A DNA stretch of 64,000 bases from Azolla caroliniana. Taxonomy: Eukaryota; Plantae; Polypodiophyta. Shown piece after piece: positions 1 to 11,477 of the stretch (position 1 is its first letter; each line of letters begins with the position of its first letter). The stretch lies in contig JBHGNT010000006.1 in assembly GCA_043228905.1 (NCBI GenBank), forward strand, positions 21,638,001 to 21,702,000, written 5' to 3'. The translations under genes and the position numbers were made by a program. Below the pieces are notes generated by a model, which was not told the origin of the DNA, ran no database searches, and saw only the letters and a list, made by a program, of their open reading frames with translations.

Positions 1-690
1 CCCTCTCCCGTGGTACCGTCGTACCGATCTTCCGCCGTCGCGTGGGGCAAGTCTGTCTCCTCGGTCTCGGCTTCCGGCCTCGATCTTCCCTCTTCCTCGA
101 GCATCGCTTTAAGAGCTGCGTACGCCTCCGCAATCCTGGTCCCAACGCCGACCCTTGCCGACTCTCTTTGTCGTTCGGCCTCTTCCCGCTGTGATGGCAC
201 GCCGTCGCGTCCCTTCCTCTTAGCCTTCTCGGCTCGCTCATCATCTAGTCGTTGGCACACCCTTCCGACCTTCGACCAGTCCTCCATAAGCCCATTCGCT
301 CCATCATCGTCTTCGAGCTCATTCCCGATGGCCTTCCGTTCCGCTCGGTCGATCGACCGGACGAACAATAGGACCTTGTCCACCCCCACCAAACCTTGTT
401 CCCGCTCTGGGAGCCGAGCAAGCTGTCGCTTGAACTCCCGGAACGCCTTCATCGCGCCCCGGTGGGTCTTTGCTGATGCTATCCACTGGTCGAAGTCGTG
501 TCGTCCCCGGCTTTTCCGCCGTCCTCCGTATGCCTTCAAGAGCGCCTCTTCGAAGGCCTCCCACGAACTATGAGCCTCACGGAGCTCCTTTACTTCCGCA
601 TGCATCTGGACAGCTACGACCCGACGGAAGAACTCCAGCCTCAACGCCTCGTCTACGCCACGCTCCTCCATTTCCGCGTTGTAGGCGTCA
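1..690 (-). mobile_element. Retrotransposon gag-like fragment
   Basis: The minus strand reads ...AYNAEMEERGVDEALRLEFFRRVV...SWEAFEEALLKAY...VGVDKVLLFVRSID..., a helical gag-like sequence with a W-x-x-F-x-x-x-L-x-x-x-Y motif. No LTR is visible in the window. Confidence 0.5.
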
Positions 691-1270
691 CTCCCTTCTT
701 TGCCAACTATGGTTTACATCCTCGCTTCAACATTTCCCTTCCTACCACTTCCGTGAACCCTTCGGCGGAGGATCGCGCCCACATTTTGGAAGAACTACAT
801 CATGATTTATCCTTAGAGCTTAGTCTTGCTAGTGAACGGTACAAGACGCAGGCTGATCACCATTGATCTTCCACTCCACACTTTGTCGTTGGAGACATGG
901 TTTGGTTGTTACGTCGACACATCTCTACTACTCGTCCATGTGCGAAACTTGATTACAAGAAGTTGGGACCATTCCGTATCATCGAGTGCATCAATCCCGT
1001 CGCCTTTCGGCTCGCCCTTCCATCCCACTTCCGGATTCATGATGTTTTTTATGTCTCCCTCCTCGAACCCCATTATGCTTCACAACTCCCAGGATGTCAG
1101 GCCCCACCAACACCACCTGTGCAATTGACGACAGGGGAGGAATACGAGGTCAACCAAATCCTTGACTCGCATTGGCACCGTCAACACTTGCAATACCTCG
1201 TCCTATGGAGGGGTTACCCCATGTCTGAGGCCACGTGGGAACCATCGACAAATTTACAAAATGCCCTAGA
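690..1270 (+). mobile_element. Ty3/Gypsy chromovirus fragment: integrase C-terminus and chromodomain (degenerate)
   Basis: TPFFANYGLHPR, then KLDYKKLGPFRI...IHDVFYVSLLEP (GPY/F region), then EEYEVNQILDS...YLVLWRGY...TWEP (chromodomain). One internal stop. Confidence 0.85.
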
Positions 1271-1955
1271 GGTCGAAGACGGATTGGAGACAGTCAATTT
1301 GGACAAGAGCTGGAACGAGTTGGAAGCAACCAATTCTGAAGAAGAGTTTGATTCAGAGGAGCTGGATCAACTCAAGGCCATATGGACGAGGAGGCAATGG
1401 AAGTCGACACTGATACCGAGGGACCAACGGGTCAAGAAGCGTTGAAGTCGCAACAACAAAGGAGCTAAGAAGGGCCTTATGAGCAGAGAAGCCGATTGAG
1501 AAGGTCGACGAGCGTGGAACCGGACGGGTCGAAGAAAGCAGGACCGGACCGGACAAGGAGCGCGAACTAGGCGGGAGGACGCCAAGAGGAGCCAGAGGAG
1601 AGGACCGTCTACCGCAGACACTAACACTATGATCCGACCTCAAGTTGAGCTTGAGGGGGAGTGTTGAGCGAACAAGCTCAACCGGATCCAGATTGGTCGA
1701 GTAAGCTAGAGCCGGATCAAAGTCTAGAACAAACAACCGGATCGGTGTCCGGATGGTATCTAGAACCAAGAACTGGTTTGGAGAGCCAGATCAGATTGTA
1801 ACCGGTAGGCCGTTAGAGGCCTACAAATCTAGCCTAGTACGTAGGCATATTTTTAGGAGTCAATGTCAGTCGCTCGTATGAGCATTGAAGTACATGTTAG
1901 TACTTCTGTTAGTCCTTTTAAGGACTTGTATAAAAGGTGTTATGTAGGACACCGT

Positions 1956-3481
1956 TGTCACGTGGTTCTTCACACACGATATGAAAAATAGTAAAATAAT
2001 TATTTAAGAGTAGCTTAAAATAGTTTGATATAGAAAGATAGACGTCTTCAAGAGCTTCCAAACGCATTTTACTACACATGAAACGGATAACTAAGTATCA
2101 AGTTATGTGAGTGTGAAGTTTGAGAAGAAGAGGAAAACAAAACTGTGAGATATCCCACATAGATAAGACAACATCGGATCCAATATTATATAAGGAGAGC
2201 CAAAACCTATTACTTTATGTTTATGTGTGAAGCACAAAATGTTCAAGGTGACTTGGGCTAAATTAGTCAAATGGATGGATGTCGCTTAACTACACGTAAT
2301 GGTTTTGGCGACGGAACCGGAACCGAACCGGTTGGATGGAACCAGGCCCGGACAGACCGGATGGGTGACGGTTGAGACAGACGGATCATGCACGGGCCGA
2401 ACTTTACGGATGATAGGATCATGCGACTGAACTAAAGTAAAGGTTATGTGAACACAAAACTGGAGTCCCTTCATGCAAGTGCAAGAAGGGAGGAGAAAAG
2501 CTATCTCTCGATAATCCATAGATCCTAATGGCCCTTAGGGGATCGAAGCCATCTTTTGGGGGAAGAATCCTAATTATCTTATCGAATTCATCTCTCATCG
2601 AAGCCAAAAACCCTAATTTTCTTATCAACGTCAAAAAACCCTAATTTTCTTATCGAAGTCATATCTCCGTTAATCTGCTAATCTATTACTCTATTAATCT
2701 TTGTAAGCTAAAACTTTTGGAATCCCAATTTTGGGATAGATTGTAACTTTCTTTTTCTTTGCTAATGAAAATGATCAAACTTTGTCATTTCGATTAATTC
2801 TTAAAACGTAAATGTATGAATCTAGTATCCTCTGGTCGGAGGCCCCGGGGTCTTGCCTCAAGTTCACGTATCTTCATCGTATTTTCGCGACATCTTTTGG
2901 GATTACAAAAGTTTAGCTTACAAAGGTTGATAGATTGTAATTTTTCTTTTCCTTTCTTAATGAAATTTGTCAAACTTTCTGATTTTCGTTAATTCCTAAA
3001 AGTATAAACGCACGAATCTGATATCCTCTGGTCGGAGGCCTCGGGGTCCTGCCTCAAGTTCACGTATCTTCGTCGTATTTTCGTGACATCTTTTGGGATT
3101 ACAAATTTTTTAGCTTACGAGGTTGATAGATTGTAATTTTTCTTTTCCTTTCTTAATGAAATTTGTCAAACTTTCTGATTTCTGTTAATTCTTAAAAGTA
3201 TAAACACACGAATCTGATATCCTCTAGTCGGAGGCCCCGGGATCCTGCCTCAAGTTCACGTATCTTCGTCGTATTTTCGCGACATCGTTTGGGATTACAA
3301 AAGTTTTAGCTTACGAAGGTTGATAGATTGTAATTTTTCTTTTCCTTTCTTAATGAAAATTTTCAAACTTTCTGATTTCCGTTAATTCTTAAAAGTATAA
3401 ACGCACGAATCTGATATCGTCTAGTCGGAGGCCCCGGGGTCCTGCCTCAAGTTCACGTGTCCTCGTTGTATTTTCACGACA
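1956..3481 (+). mobile_element. Solo-LTR-like insertion with a tandemly amplified 3' end
   Basis: Starts TGTCACG and ends CACGACA (an internal repeat copy ends CGTGACA, the perfect inverse). Flanked by a CCGT direct repeat. Removing it restores the host LTR. Confidence 0.7.
2735..3481. repeat. ~197-bp tandem repeat, about 4 copies, each ending in the LTR terminus
   Basis: GATAGATTGTAA...GGAGGCCCCGGG...GCCTCAAGTTCACG...GACA recurs, ending near 2891, 3088, 3284 and 3481. Confidence 0.9.
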
Positions 3482-4409
3482 CCGTATGTATAGAGTGTTA
3501 TTATTTTGAAATTGAGTTTATTGTTCTGCTCTCTCTGTCTCTCCTGTGTAAGGTTTCCATTAAACTTGTGTATATATTCTTTAGCTATCCAGAGGAGTTG
3601 GTTTTGTCTTAGCTTCCGCAATCATATTCTTTTACAATTAAAGACTTGTCGATTAGTTTAGCGAACAAAGTAAGTTGAGATATGTATGATTACACAAACA
3701 AAGAGAGAGAGAGAGAGAGAGAGATGCTCAAAGTAAGACTATGTTACATTAACCCTTCGAACGCTAGAAGTACATCTATTACAATGTTAGGGCAAGCTTA
3801 TATACTCAAGCCCCAACTCAAGATCGTGGTCACACTTAAGATACAATATATGTAGAAGGAGTCGGTCTTTTATGCTAATAAACTCCCCCGTAAAAGGACT
3901 ACTTTTTCTACATACAGTGATATGGGGTTATCTCCCCCATAAACCTAGATCTCAAATTTAATCTAAAGTTATAATTACAAATCGGTCGGCATATGGCCGA
4001 ACTGGCTGAGGTACAGTCAGGATCTTAGTAGCCTGATTCGGCTAGTTGTCCAAATCATATGCTATCCGGGTCGGCTTGTCAGAGTCGGTCGGATCAACTT
4101 GTTCAAATCGTATTGTGTTCGAATTGGCTCATTTGTCTAGATCAGCTCATGTCCGATTCTGACTCTCAGCCTTGGGTCGATCGTCAACTTTCCGCTCTTG
4201 TGCTCTTCGCTAGATCCTCGATCTGTCTTCAGGTTTGTTCGCCCTTCGATCGTCTCTTCTCCAGTCAGCATGCTTGCTCATTGCTGCGTCTTTAGCCTTA
4301 TGGCATTCCGATTCTATAGACTTTGCCCTTTTGGCTCATCTGATCGGGCTAGTCTTCGACTTATGTTCTGCTCATCGTTTGGTGCTCTCTTGCTTGGTCT
4401 CTTGTCGTA

Positions 4410-4790
4410 GTCCCATTATTGTCCTTAGTGCTCCAAAGCATTGTTCTGGGAGTGACTCATTAGGCAATCGGCGATGTTCACCTCGCTGTCAATCTTCCGA
4501 ACTTCAACCTTCTTGTCTGTTACAAGCTCCTGGATATAATGTAACCGCACCTCAATGTGTTTCGTTTTCGCATGATAGACTGGATTTCAAATGAGATGTA
4601 TTGCACTCTAAGAGTCGCAATAGATAGTCGGCGCTTGATGGTCGTTTCAACTTGTAGTCGAAAAATCAGCGGACAGTCGATGTAGCCAGATTGCTTCTTT
4701 CGTTGCTTCCGATGTTGCTATGTACTCTGCCTTTGTTGTAGACATGGCTATGCACTCTTGAAGCTTCGACCTCCATATTGAAGTGCCTCG
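4410..4790 (-). mobile_element. Copia RNase H fragment (degenerate)
   Basis: The minus strand reads ECIAMSTTKAEYIATSEATKEAIWL...NPVYHAKTKHIEVRLHYIQELV. Confidence 0.8.
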
Positions 4791-4980
4791 GCACTTTTCA
4801 GATGTAGTCAGACTAGGAGTGTCGGAGAGTCCTTGTGGTCCGATTTCGCTCTATCCGCATGCCCAGTCTGGAAGCAAGGGCGATGATGAACAAGACTAAT
4901 GCTTCCAGTGGAAGGTGAACAAACTGTCACGGACACACCAACCGCGGACTCAGACAGAGCATGGATGATGGGGCTACGAG

Positions 4981-5666
4981 TGTTGAACTTAAGAAGTTGG
5001 GAATGACACAAGAGCATGAAGACAAAGATGAAGAGGGAGACAAGATGGATGAAATGAGTGTTAGGAATTTGTCCCTTCTATGGGAGATGTCAACAATCAA
5101 ATCAACAAGGCGAATACATGATGGTCGGTCGGATCGACCAACAAGTCGACTAGTTTTGAAGGAGATAGAGAGTCAACTATGATGGTCGACTCCATTGGAT
5201 GGATGCTCCAAGAAGAAGACAAAGTCAACAAGTCGGGCCGATTAATTAAATTATATACATTATATATAAATAATAGCAACTATATTTGTAATATAGTCCA
5301 TATTGTGTATGAGTATAAATAACCTTAGGGCAACCATTATGATGGTGTGATGAGTGTAGAGCTTCTGTAGTTGAGTGTAGAAGAGAATGTAACAGAGAGT
5401 AGGAAGAGACACGCGAGAGAGGCAGAGTTTAGTGAAACTTGCCGAAACCCTAAGTGGGTATTCCTTGTTTTTATAGAGACTTGTAAATCTTTCTTTTGTA
5501 CCTCTGTTCATAGTGAAAGCCTGTTGTCCCGTGCTTTTTCCTGTTTTAGGGTTTCCACGTAAATACTGTGCACTACTTTATTCTATGTCGATTTGTTGTT
5601 TCTGTTTTTCGCATTGTGTACTATTTCAGTCTATCTTTCTCAGAGATCTACGGTCCGAACTCAACA
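4981..5666 (+). mobile_element. Copia-type LTR remnant
   Basis: TGTTGA...TCAACA ends, a TATAAATA box near 5314, and the motif TTTTAGGGTTTCCACGTAA shared (reverse complement) with the LTRs at 21403 and 43705. No matching TSD. Confidence 0.5.
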
Positions 5667-5859
5667 CAAACTTCAATCAATGTTGTGGAGGAGAAAAACA
5701 AAAAGCTAGAGAGCTTTTTATTTTTTTACTTCCATTTATTTTTCTGTATGTACAATACATATATTGAGAGCCCAAGAAAATACTATACATAATATATGTA
5801 TATGTTATGTATATATGTACATATTGCGACCAAGCAAAAACCAAAAGAAAGCACAGAAG

Positions 5860-6300
5860 AGTTGTGGGCCGTTGGATCCATGATCAGATCGTGCGGTTGT
5901 GGATGAAACGGCTCTTACAGAATAATGCTCTTTCTTATCCTTCCCTCCCCCCATAAAGAGAAACAGGGGAGGCTCTCCTCTGCTCTGAAATCAGAGAACA
6001 GAGCAGGGAAACCCTAAATTTCCATTCAGAATTACCCTAGATTTCTATACAGAGGATCGTGGGGAGGCGCTGAAATCAGAGAACAAAACAGAGAAACCCT
6101 AAATTTCCAATCAGAGTTACCCTAGGTTTCCACACAGAGGATAGAAACCCTACATCCCTATCTTCCGGAATCACTCACGAATTCTCTGTCAGAGAAAACG
6201 CGGCCTTTTTCTCCATGCTTGCTTGTTGACCTACCCATTAGCGTTTATTAATCATAGAAACAGAGGGAGGAAACAGAGGCAAGAGTCGGAAACCCTAAAG
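5860..6300 (+). promoter_or_regulatory. Putative promoter/5' region of the DedA-family gene, with telo-boxes
   Basis: AAACCCTA at about 6008, 6094, 6146 and 6291; two of these lie in an ~85-bp duplication. TGGGCC (site-II-like) at about 5865. Confidence 0.4.
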
Positions 6301-6894
6301 TTCCATCAGAAACTCTCTAATCCACTACCATCTCTTCCTAATTTTCTTGATGCCCTTCAGATCTTCTTCTTTTAATCTTCACATAAATAGATGAGAGAGG
6401 TAGAGACGGAGAAAGAAAGCCCTAAACAACCACCAGGAGCCCTAACCCTTTTAACAAATCTTGGGGATTTCCCTGGGTCTCATCCTATTTGTTTGATGTC
6501 CATCGGATCAGTTTTTACCTTAAAACAGGGGAGAACAGAGAAACATAATAAGCAGATAGGAAACCTTAAAAACCTATCAACAACCCCATCTTCATTCATA
6601 TCAATTCTTGCATCTTTATCACCTCTCCCTATATTTTCTTGATAAGGCCTATCAGATCCATTCTTTTTGACCTTTTAATCATCTTTGGATAATATCCTCA
6701 TAACAATACCTCAAATTTTGGTCAAAACTATAAAAGTCTGGCAGAATCCTGGCCTTTTTCATCTAGTCATGGAAATTTGCTAGTATTTATTTGATGCGCA
6801 CCAGGCTGAATTCATCCTGATTCATCTTTCCATTATCATCGTGCCAAGAATTTGACCAAAAATTTCTCATTTCTCAAATTGGAAGATCCCTAAC

Positions 6895-9471
6895 ATGGAA
6901 ACACGAATATCAGTAGGTTCTAGTCTTTTCTCATTCTTAAGGATTACCCTCACCAGCAAAAGCTCTAGCGTCGGAAATAGTACAAAGCGGTCAGGAGATC
7001 ACGTTTTGGATACTCATCCTGAAGGCGGATTTCCTATCACTCGAGTCGGAGCAGTGGTGGGAACTTCAATTTTCGCCCTCTTTTTTGGCGTTTTGGTTCT
7101 TATCTACCTCACGATGCCTAATTTGGATCCTCAAGTTCTTAAGATACCCAAGGATCTTCGTGATCTTCAGATCATGAAGTAAGTCTATTTTGTTTTCCTT
7201 CCTTTAATCTTTCTAAAATGATGAAATGCATTAATTGATCAATTACTGAATAAAATAATGTTGATACTTGATTGAGTTGCAAAAACACCAGATTGATCCC
7301 TTTTATTGATTGTTTTTAATTGCTTTTGGTGCAAATTTTGGGTCCTTAGTAGTGGTTTTGCAGTACAAATTGAATCCCCTTTATTGTTTATGAAACACAA
7401 ATTAGGTTATTTTATTGCCTAAATGGCATGAATCGGATTCTTTCTATTGCATTGTGGTATGAACTGCATCCTTTGTAACAGAAATTGAGTTCCTTTTTTA
7501 TGCCCCCAACCAAGGCCACTATTTGATCCCTTTAATTGGCTTTGTGGCTTAAAATATGCCCTTGTGGAATGAAGTGGCTACCTTTTTTTGGCATTTGAAG
7601 TTTCATTGTTGATGAGCTTTAGAATGATGGCTCTTCACTTTGCCCTCAGCATATTAAAATGTATTTCATTTTCTTCAAACAACAGAAGCTTTTCTTTTCA
7701 TGATGTCTGGAGAGACTGTAAATTTGCTTCGCCGTTCATGGAAGTTTAAAGCTTCTCCTTAGGATGAGTGCTGATCATATTTCCCTTCAGCTTGTCCTAA
7801 CGAGTTTGAAATACATGTATTCCAACATATTCAAAATTCATGCATTTCATTGCATTAAAAGAAACCATGTTATTTTGTTATGTTCAAAATCCATGTATTT
7901 CCATTATGTGCATAATCCTTGCATTTCATTTTGTTATAAGGATGAACTTTTGCAGAAAATTGCATGATGCATTTTGCACTTTGGTTCATCATATGCAATG
8001 GCATTGATTGGGTTCTAGCTGTATTTCAGGGAACACATTTCTCTATATACTCAAGATTATACTCTCCAAGTCCTTGTGGGCTATGTGGCAGTATATATAT
8101 TCATGCAAACCTTCATGATTCCGGGGACAATATTCTTTTCGTTGTTGGCTGGGGCCTTGTTTGGTGTATATAAAGGAGTTCTCTTGGTCATCTTCTCTGC
8201 TACTTCTGGTGCTGCTTGTTGTTTTTTAATGTCCAAGTCATTTGGCACACCGATAGCTCTTTGGTTGTGGCCTCAGCAAATAAGGTTCTTCCGAGCTGAG
8301 GTACACAATATCATTCATCTTTTTAACGATACTTGTAAGATAAGAGTTTTTGTCAAATGAGTTTATTTAGGATAAGGAGTATATCAGTTTCTGACGTAGA
8401 TGTCGATTCACCACCCCTACTATAGATCTTTAGAAATATCATGGATGGAATGCCATAAGAACTGATTCATATTTGAAGGATAGTACACAGAAATTATTGA
8501 AGGAACTCTGAATCTATGCAGTACGATTAACAAACAAGATACCAATTAATTGTTAGCATGCCATGGCACTTTAATTTGAGGTTGCCTATGTATAGGCCAA
8601 ATACAATGTGGAAGTTCATTGGCTTCTCTTGTTGTACGTTTGGACTGCACAAATATCTGGCATTATGAGCTTCTTTAGGCTACATGTATGTTATTGGTTT
8701 GGACCCTTATGGCTCTTTAAGAAAAAAGTCAGATCAATTAGCCCGCACCTTAGGTGCTACAAAAATGGCGATAGAAAAAGAACTCCATGTTGTTTCAATT
8801 TGTCAATTAGATGATGTGGTTCCTATATATACGCTAGATGATGTGGAGTCTGTTTTCTTCTATGATTCCACAGGTTGCAAAGCGGAAAGGGAAGCTACTC
8901 AACTACCTGCTCTTTTTGCGAGTTACACCCACTCTACCCAATACATTTATAAACTTTGCATCTCCCATAGTGGGCATACCGTATCACACCTTTGTTCTTG
9001 CAACAGCCATCGGGCTTATTCCAGCATCCTTCTTGACTGTGCGGGTGTGCAATCATTCATCTATTTGTGGTTTATTATCTGTTTGTTTTTGTTTATTATG
9101 GAGGCAAAAATAACAGAATACTCCTAATAAATTTGGAGAATATCTCTCAGTTCTCTGAAATGACAAATACCTCTATATAATGTAAAATCTACTACTATAA
9201 ATGGGGACATTATGGATTGGTTGAACTAACAGGGAATTCTTGTAAATGTTAAAAAAAGTCATGGGTGTTCCAGTGTTTTGCCTGATTTCTCATTATTAAT
9301 TACTTGGGTATGTCCTCTGACCAAAGTCTTTATTTGCAGGCTGGTCTTACCCTCGGGCAACTAGAATCAGTGGGTGATCTTTATGATGTGAAGACGGTGT
9401 CAGGTCTCTTTGTTATTGGAGTTTGTTTTATACTTCCAGCTATCTTAAGCCGATCGTCAAAGCCTTCATAG
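6895..9471 (+). CDS. DedA/VTT (SNARE-associated Golgi protein; TMEM41/TVP38-like) membrane protein, 4 exons, ~285 aa
   Basis: Exons 6895-7178, 8030-8300, 8874-9044 and 9340-9471 have GT..AG introns in consistent phase and total 858 nt. Motifs YIFMQTFMIPGTIFFSLLAGALFG and FLRVTPTLPNTFINFASP. The start codon is the least certain part. Confidence 0.9.
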
Positions 9472-11477
9472 ATCAGTTTGGACCTTGTCATTATGTTCCA
9501 ACTCTATGTTGTACTTGCATTTGATCAAAACTTTGCCTCCATTCATCATTGGCTTGAATGTCCAAGGAAAAAAGAAACAAGATGTGGTGTGTCATACAAC
9601 TTGATTGATTTGTCTGGAGTTGCAAACCCTGTGGCATGCTATATTATGGTAAAAAGTAACCTGTAAATATTTCTGATAACATGTTGTGCAACCATTTGAA
9701 TCTAATAAATAAGATCACAGCTTTCATAGCTTCTATATTGTGTTAGAAACGTCCTTGTAATCTTATTTTTAGAAGGATGATCTGTTCCTTCCACTTATTA
9801 TGGTTGGTTGGAGGTTTCTTTGGAGCGATTGAACATAAAAAATTGTTTAGCTACAAGGTACAAGGTTATCTGTAGCATTGTATCGTTGATTGATCCAGTT
9901 TATTGCACGTAGGTGGCCCACTGGATCAGTCCTAGATTGTGATAATCTCCATTCTTGTTCAGAGTTCTAGATTGTGGTAATTTCCATTCTCAATCAGGCC
10001 TAGACTCTGATAACCTCTGGTCGATGAGCCATTTATAGATTTTTGTTGCATCCAAAAGATAACGTGGTATAAAGAAGTATGGTATCAGAGGACTTAATTC
10101 GCATATGAGACTTTTATGGTACTTGCAATAGATCACTCAAAATAAAGCGACATCTTTTCAGAAGATATTTTCAAACCAGAATTTGCTGCATCTCGTGAGC
10201 ATATCCTACTTCTATGCAAAGCATATCCTACTTATAAAAGATCACTCGACATAAAGAATTATGTGTTTGGAGAATCTCATGTAACTGTCCAAAAGATCAC
10301 TTGACATAGAAAAAAGTGCACTTTTGGACTTCTCATTTACAAATTAGAAGTTTATGGATCTCTATAACGGATCCCTGAAAAGTTACTTAATCTGCGGTTA
10401 GCGTAAAAAATTGTAAACACCCTGAAGTTCTGCTTTAACTCTGTTTGTTTGTGAAATCAACAATTGCATCTTACATCTGACACAGGTTCCGCCCATTTTC
10501 CCATCTGCCACCCTCTCATAATGTATTCACTCTTGGCATGCCCACGGCCAGGTAGGCGTGAATTCTTCCAGTCTATGCCATTGCCATCCAATCATGTAGT
10601 CTGTTACATATATATAGGTGAATACGCACGCCCAGAAACCGCGGCATTCTCTGCCCCAGCACTATGAACAAACTGCCATGAGTACAGAGGATGGAAAGGT
10701 AATGGACAAACAGATATGTTGGCATCAGGATCCAAAATTTGTCGATAGATGAGAAAAAACGTTTGTCATAAAATACTCAATCCGAGAAAGAGAGCCCTTA
10801 TCAGGAGTGGGGATTTCTCTTTATTTGAAAGGAGAGGCTTTTGACAAAATCGTGGAAAAGAGAGAAATCTGGGAAATTGGGCAACCTAATTCTGGGGTTC
10901 TCTTCCCGAAAGGAGCTCCAGAAAAGACCATTCGAAAGATGAAAATCTGAAGATTTCTCTGAAAAATCACATGCTTCGTGAAAGTCGTCCATCTCTTACT
11001 GATTACCCATGAAAGGAAAGATATAGAGGCTCGACAGCATTTTAGGTAACTGCCCAAAAGATCACTTGATGTGAAGAAAGTCTGTTTTTGTATGACTTCA
11101 TTCACAATCTAGAAATTTATGCGTCTCTGCAAGCAACTTAGAATGTCTGGAATGCCTGTCGTCTTATTTAAAACACTTTTTTGGAGGCAAGTGTGAAATT
11201 AAATACAGCTATTTTATCATATTACAGTTTCATTATACTATATATCTTAGAACAAAGAAAGAAAGAAAATAGGCTAAACTATCTAATTCTTCTTGATACT
11301 CATCTTTATAATAAATGAGAATCCTATTATTTTGGAACTTTTTAAATTATTCTTATACAACTATATTATTTTTTTCAATGTATTTGTTTTTTGTGGACTT
11401 GCATGATAAGTTTTCTTTTAAACGATTATAACTTCAATTGAAGGTATACATTAAACATCACAAATGCCATAATCCCT

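Larger units (their letters stand above)
1270..3636 (+). mobile_element. 3' end of a Copia family-A element: charged tail, PPT and 3' LTR (1662-3636, interrupted by a solo LTR)
   Basis: The DKSWNE...DSEE.DQ tail is homologous to 37620-37740 and 57540-57660. PPT TTGAGGGGGAG is followed by TGTTGAGC at 1662. The LTR resumes at 3482 and ends TTTACA at 3636, resembling the LTRs at 52537 and 57898. Confidence 0.8.

Noticed and set aside
10080-10090. TGGTATCAGAG, a PBS-like match between the two genes
   Set aside because: There is no adjacent LTR end and no downstream gag. It is probably chance or an unrecognisable relic.
9890-11140. Short degenerate repeats (CTAGATTGTG, AAAAGATCACT) and small ORFs between the convergent genes
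   Set aside because: No termini, domain or splice structure could be supported by eye, so the region is left unannotated.
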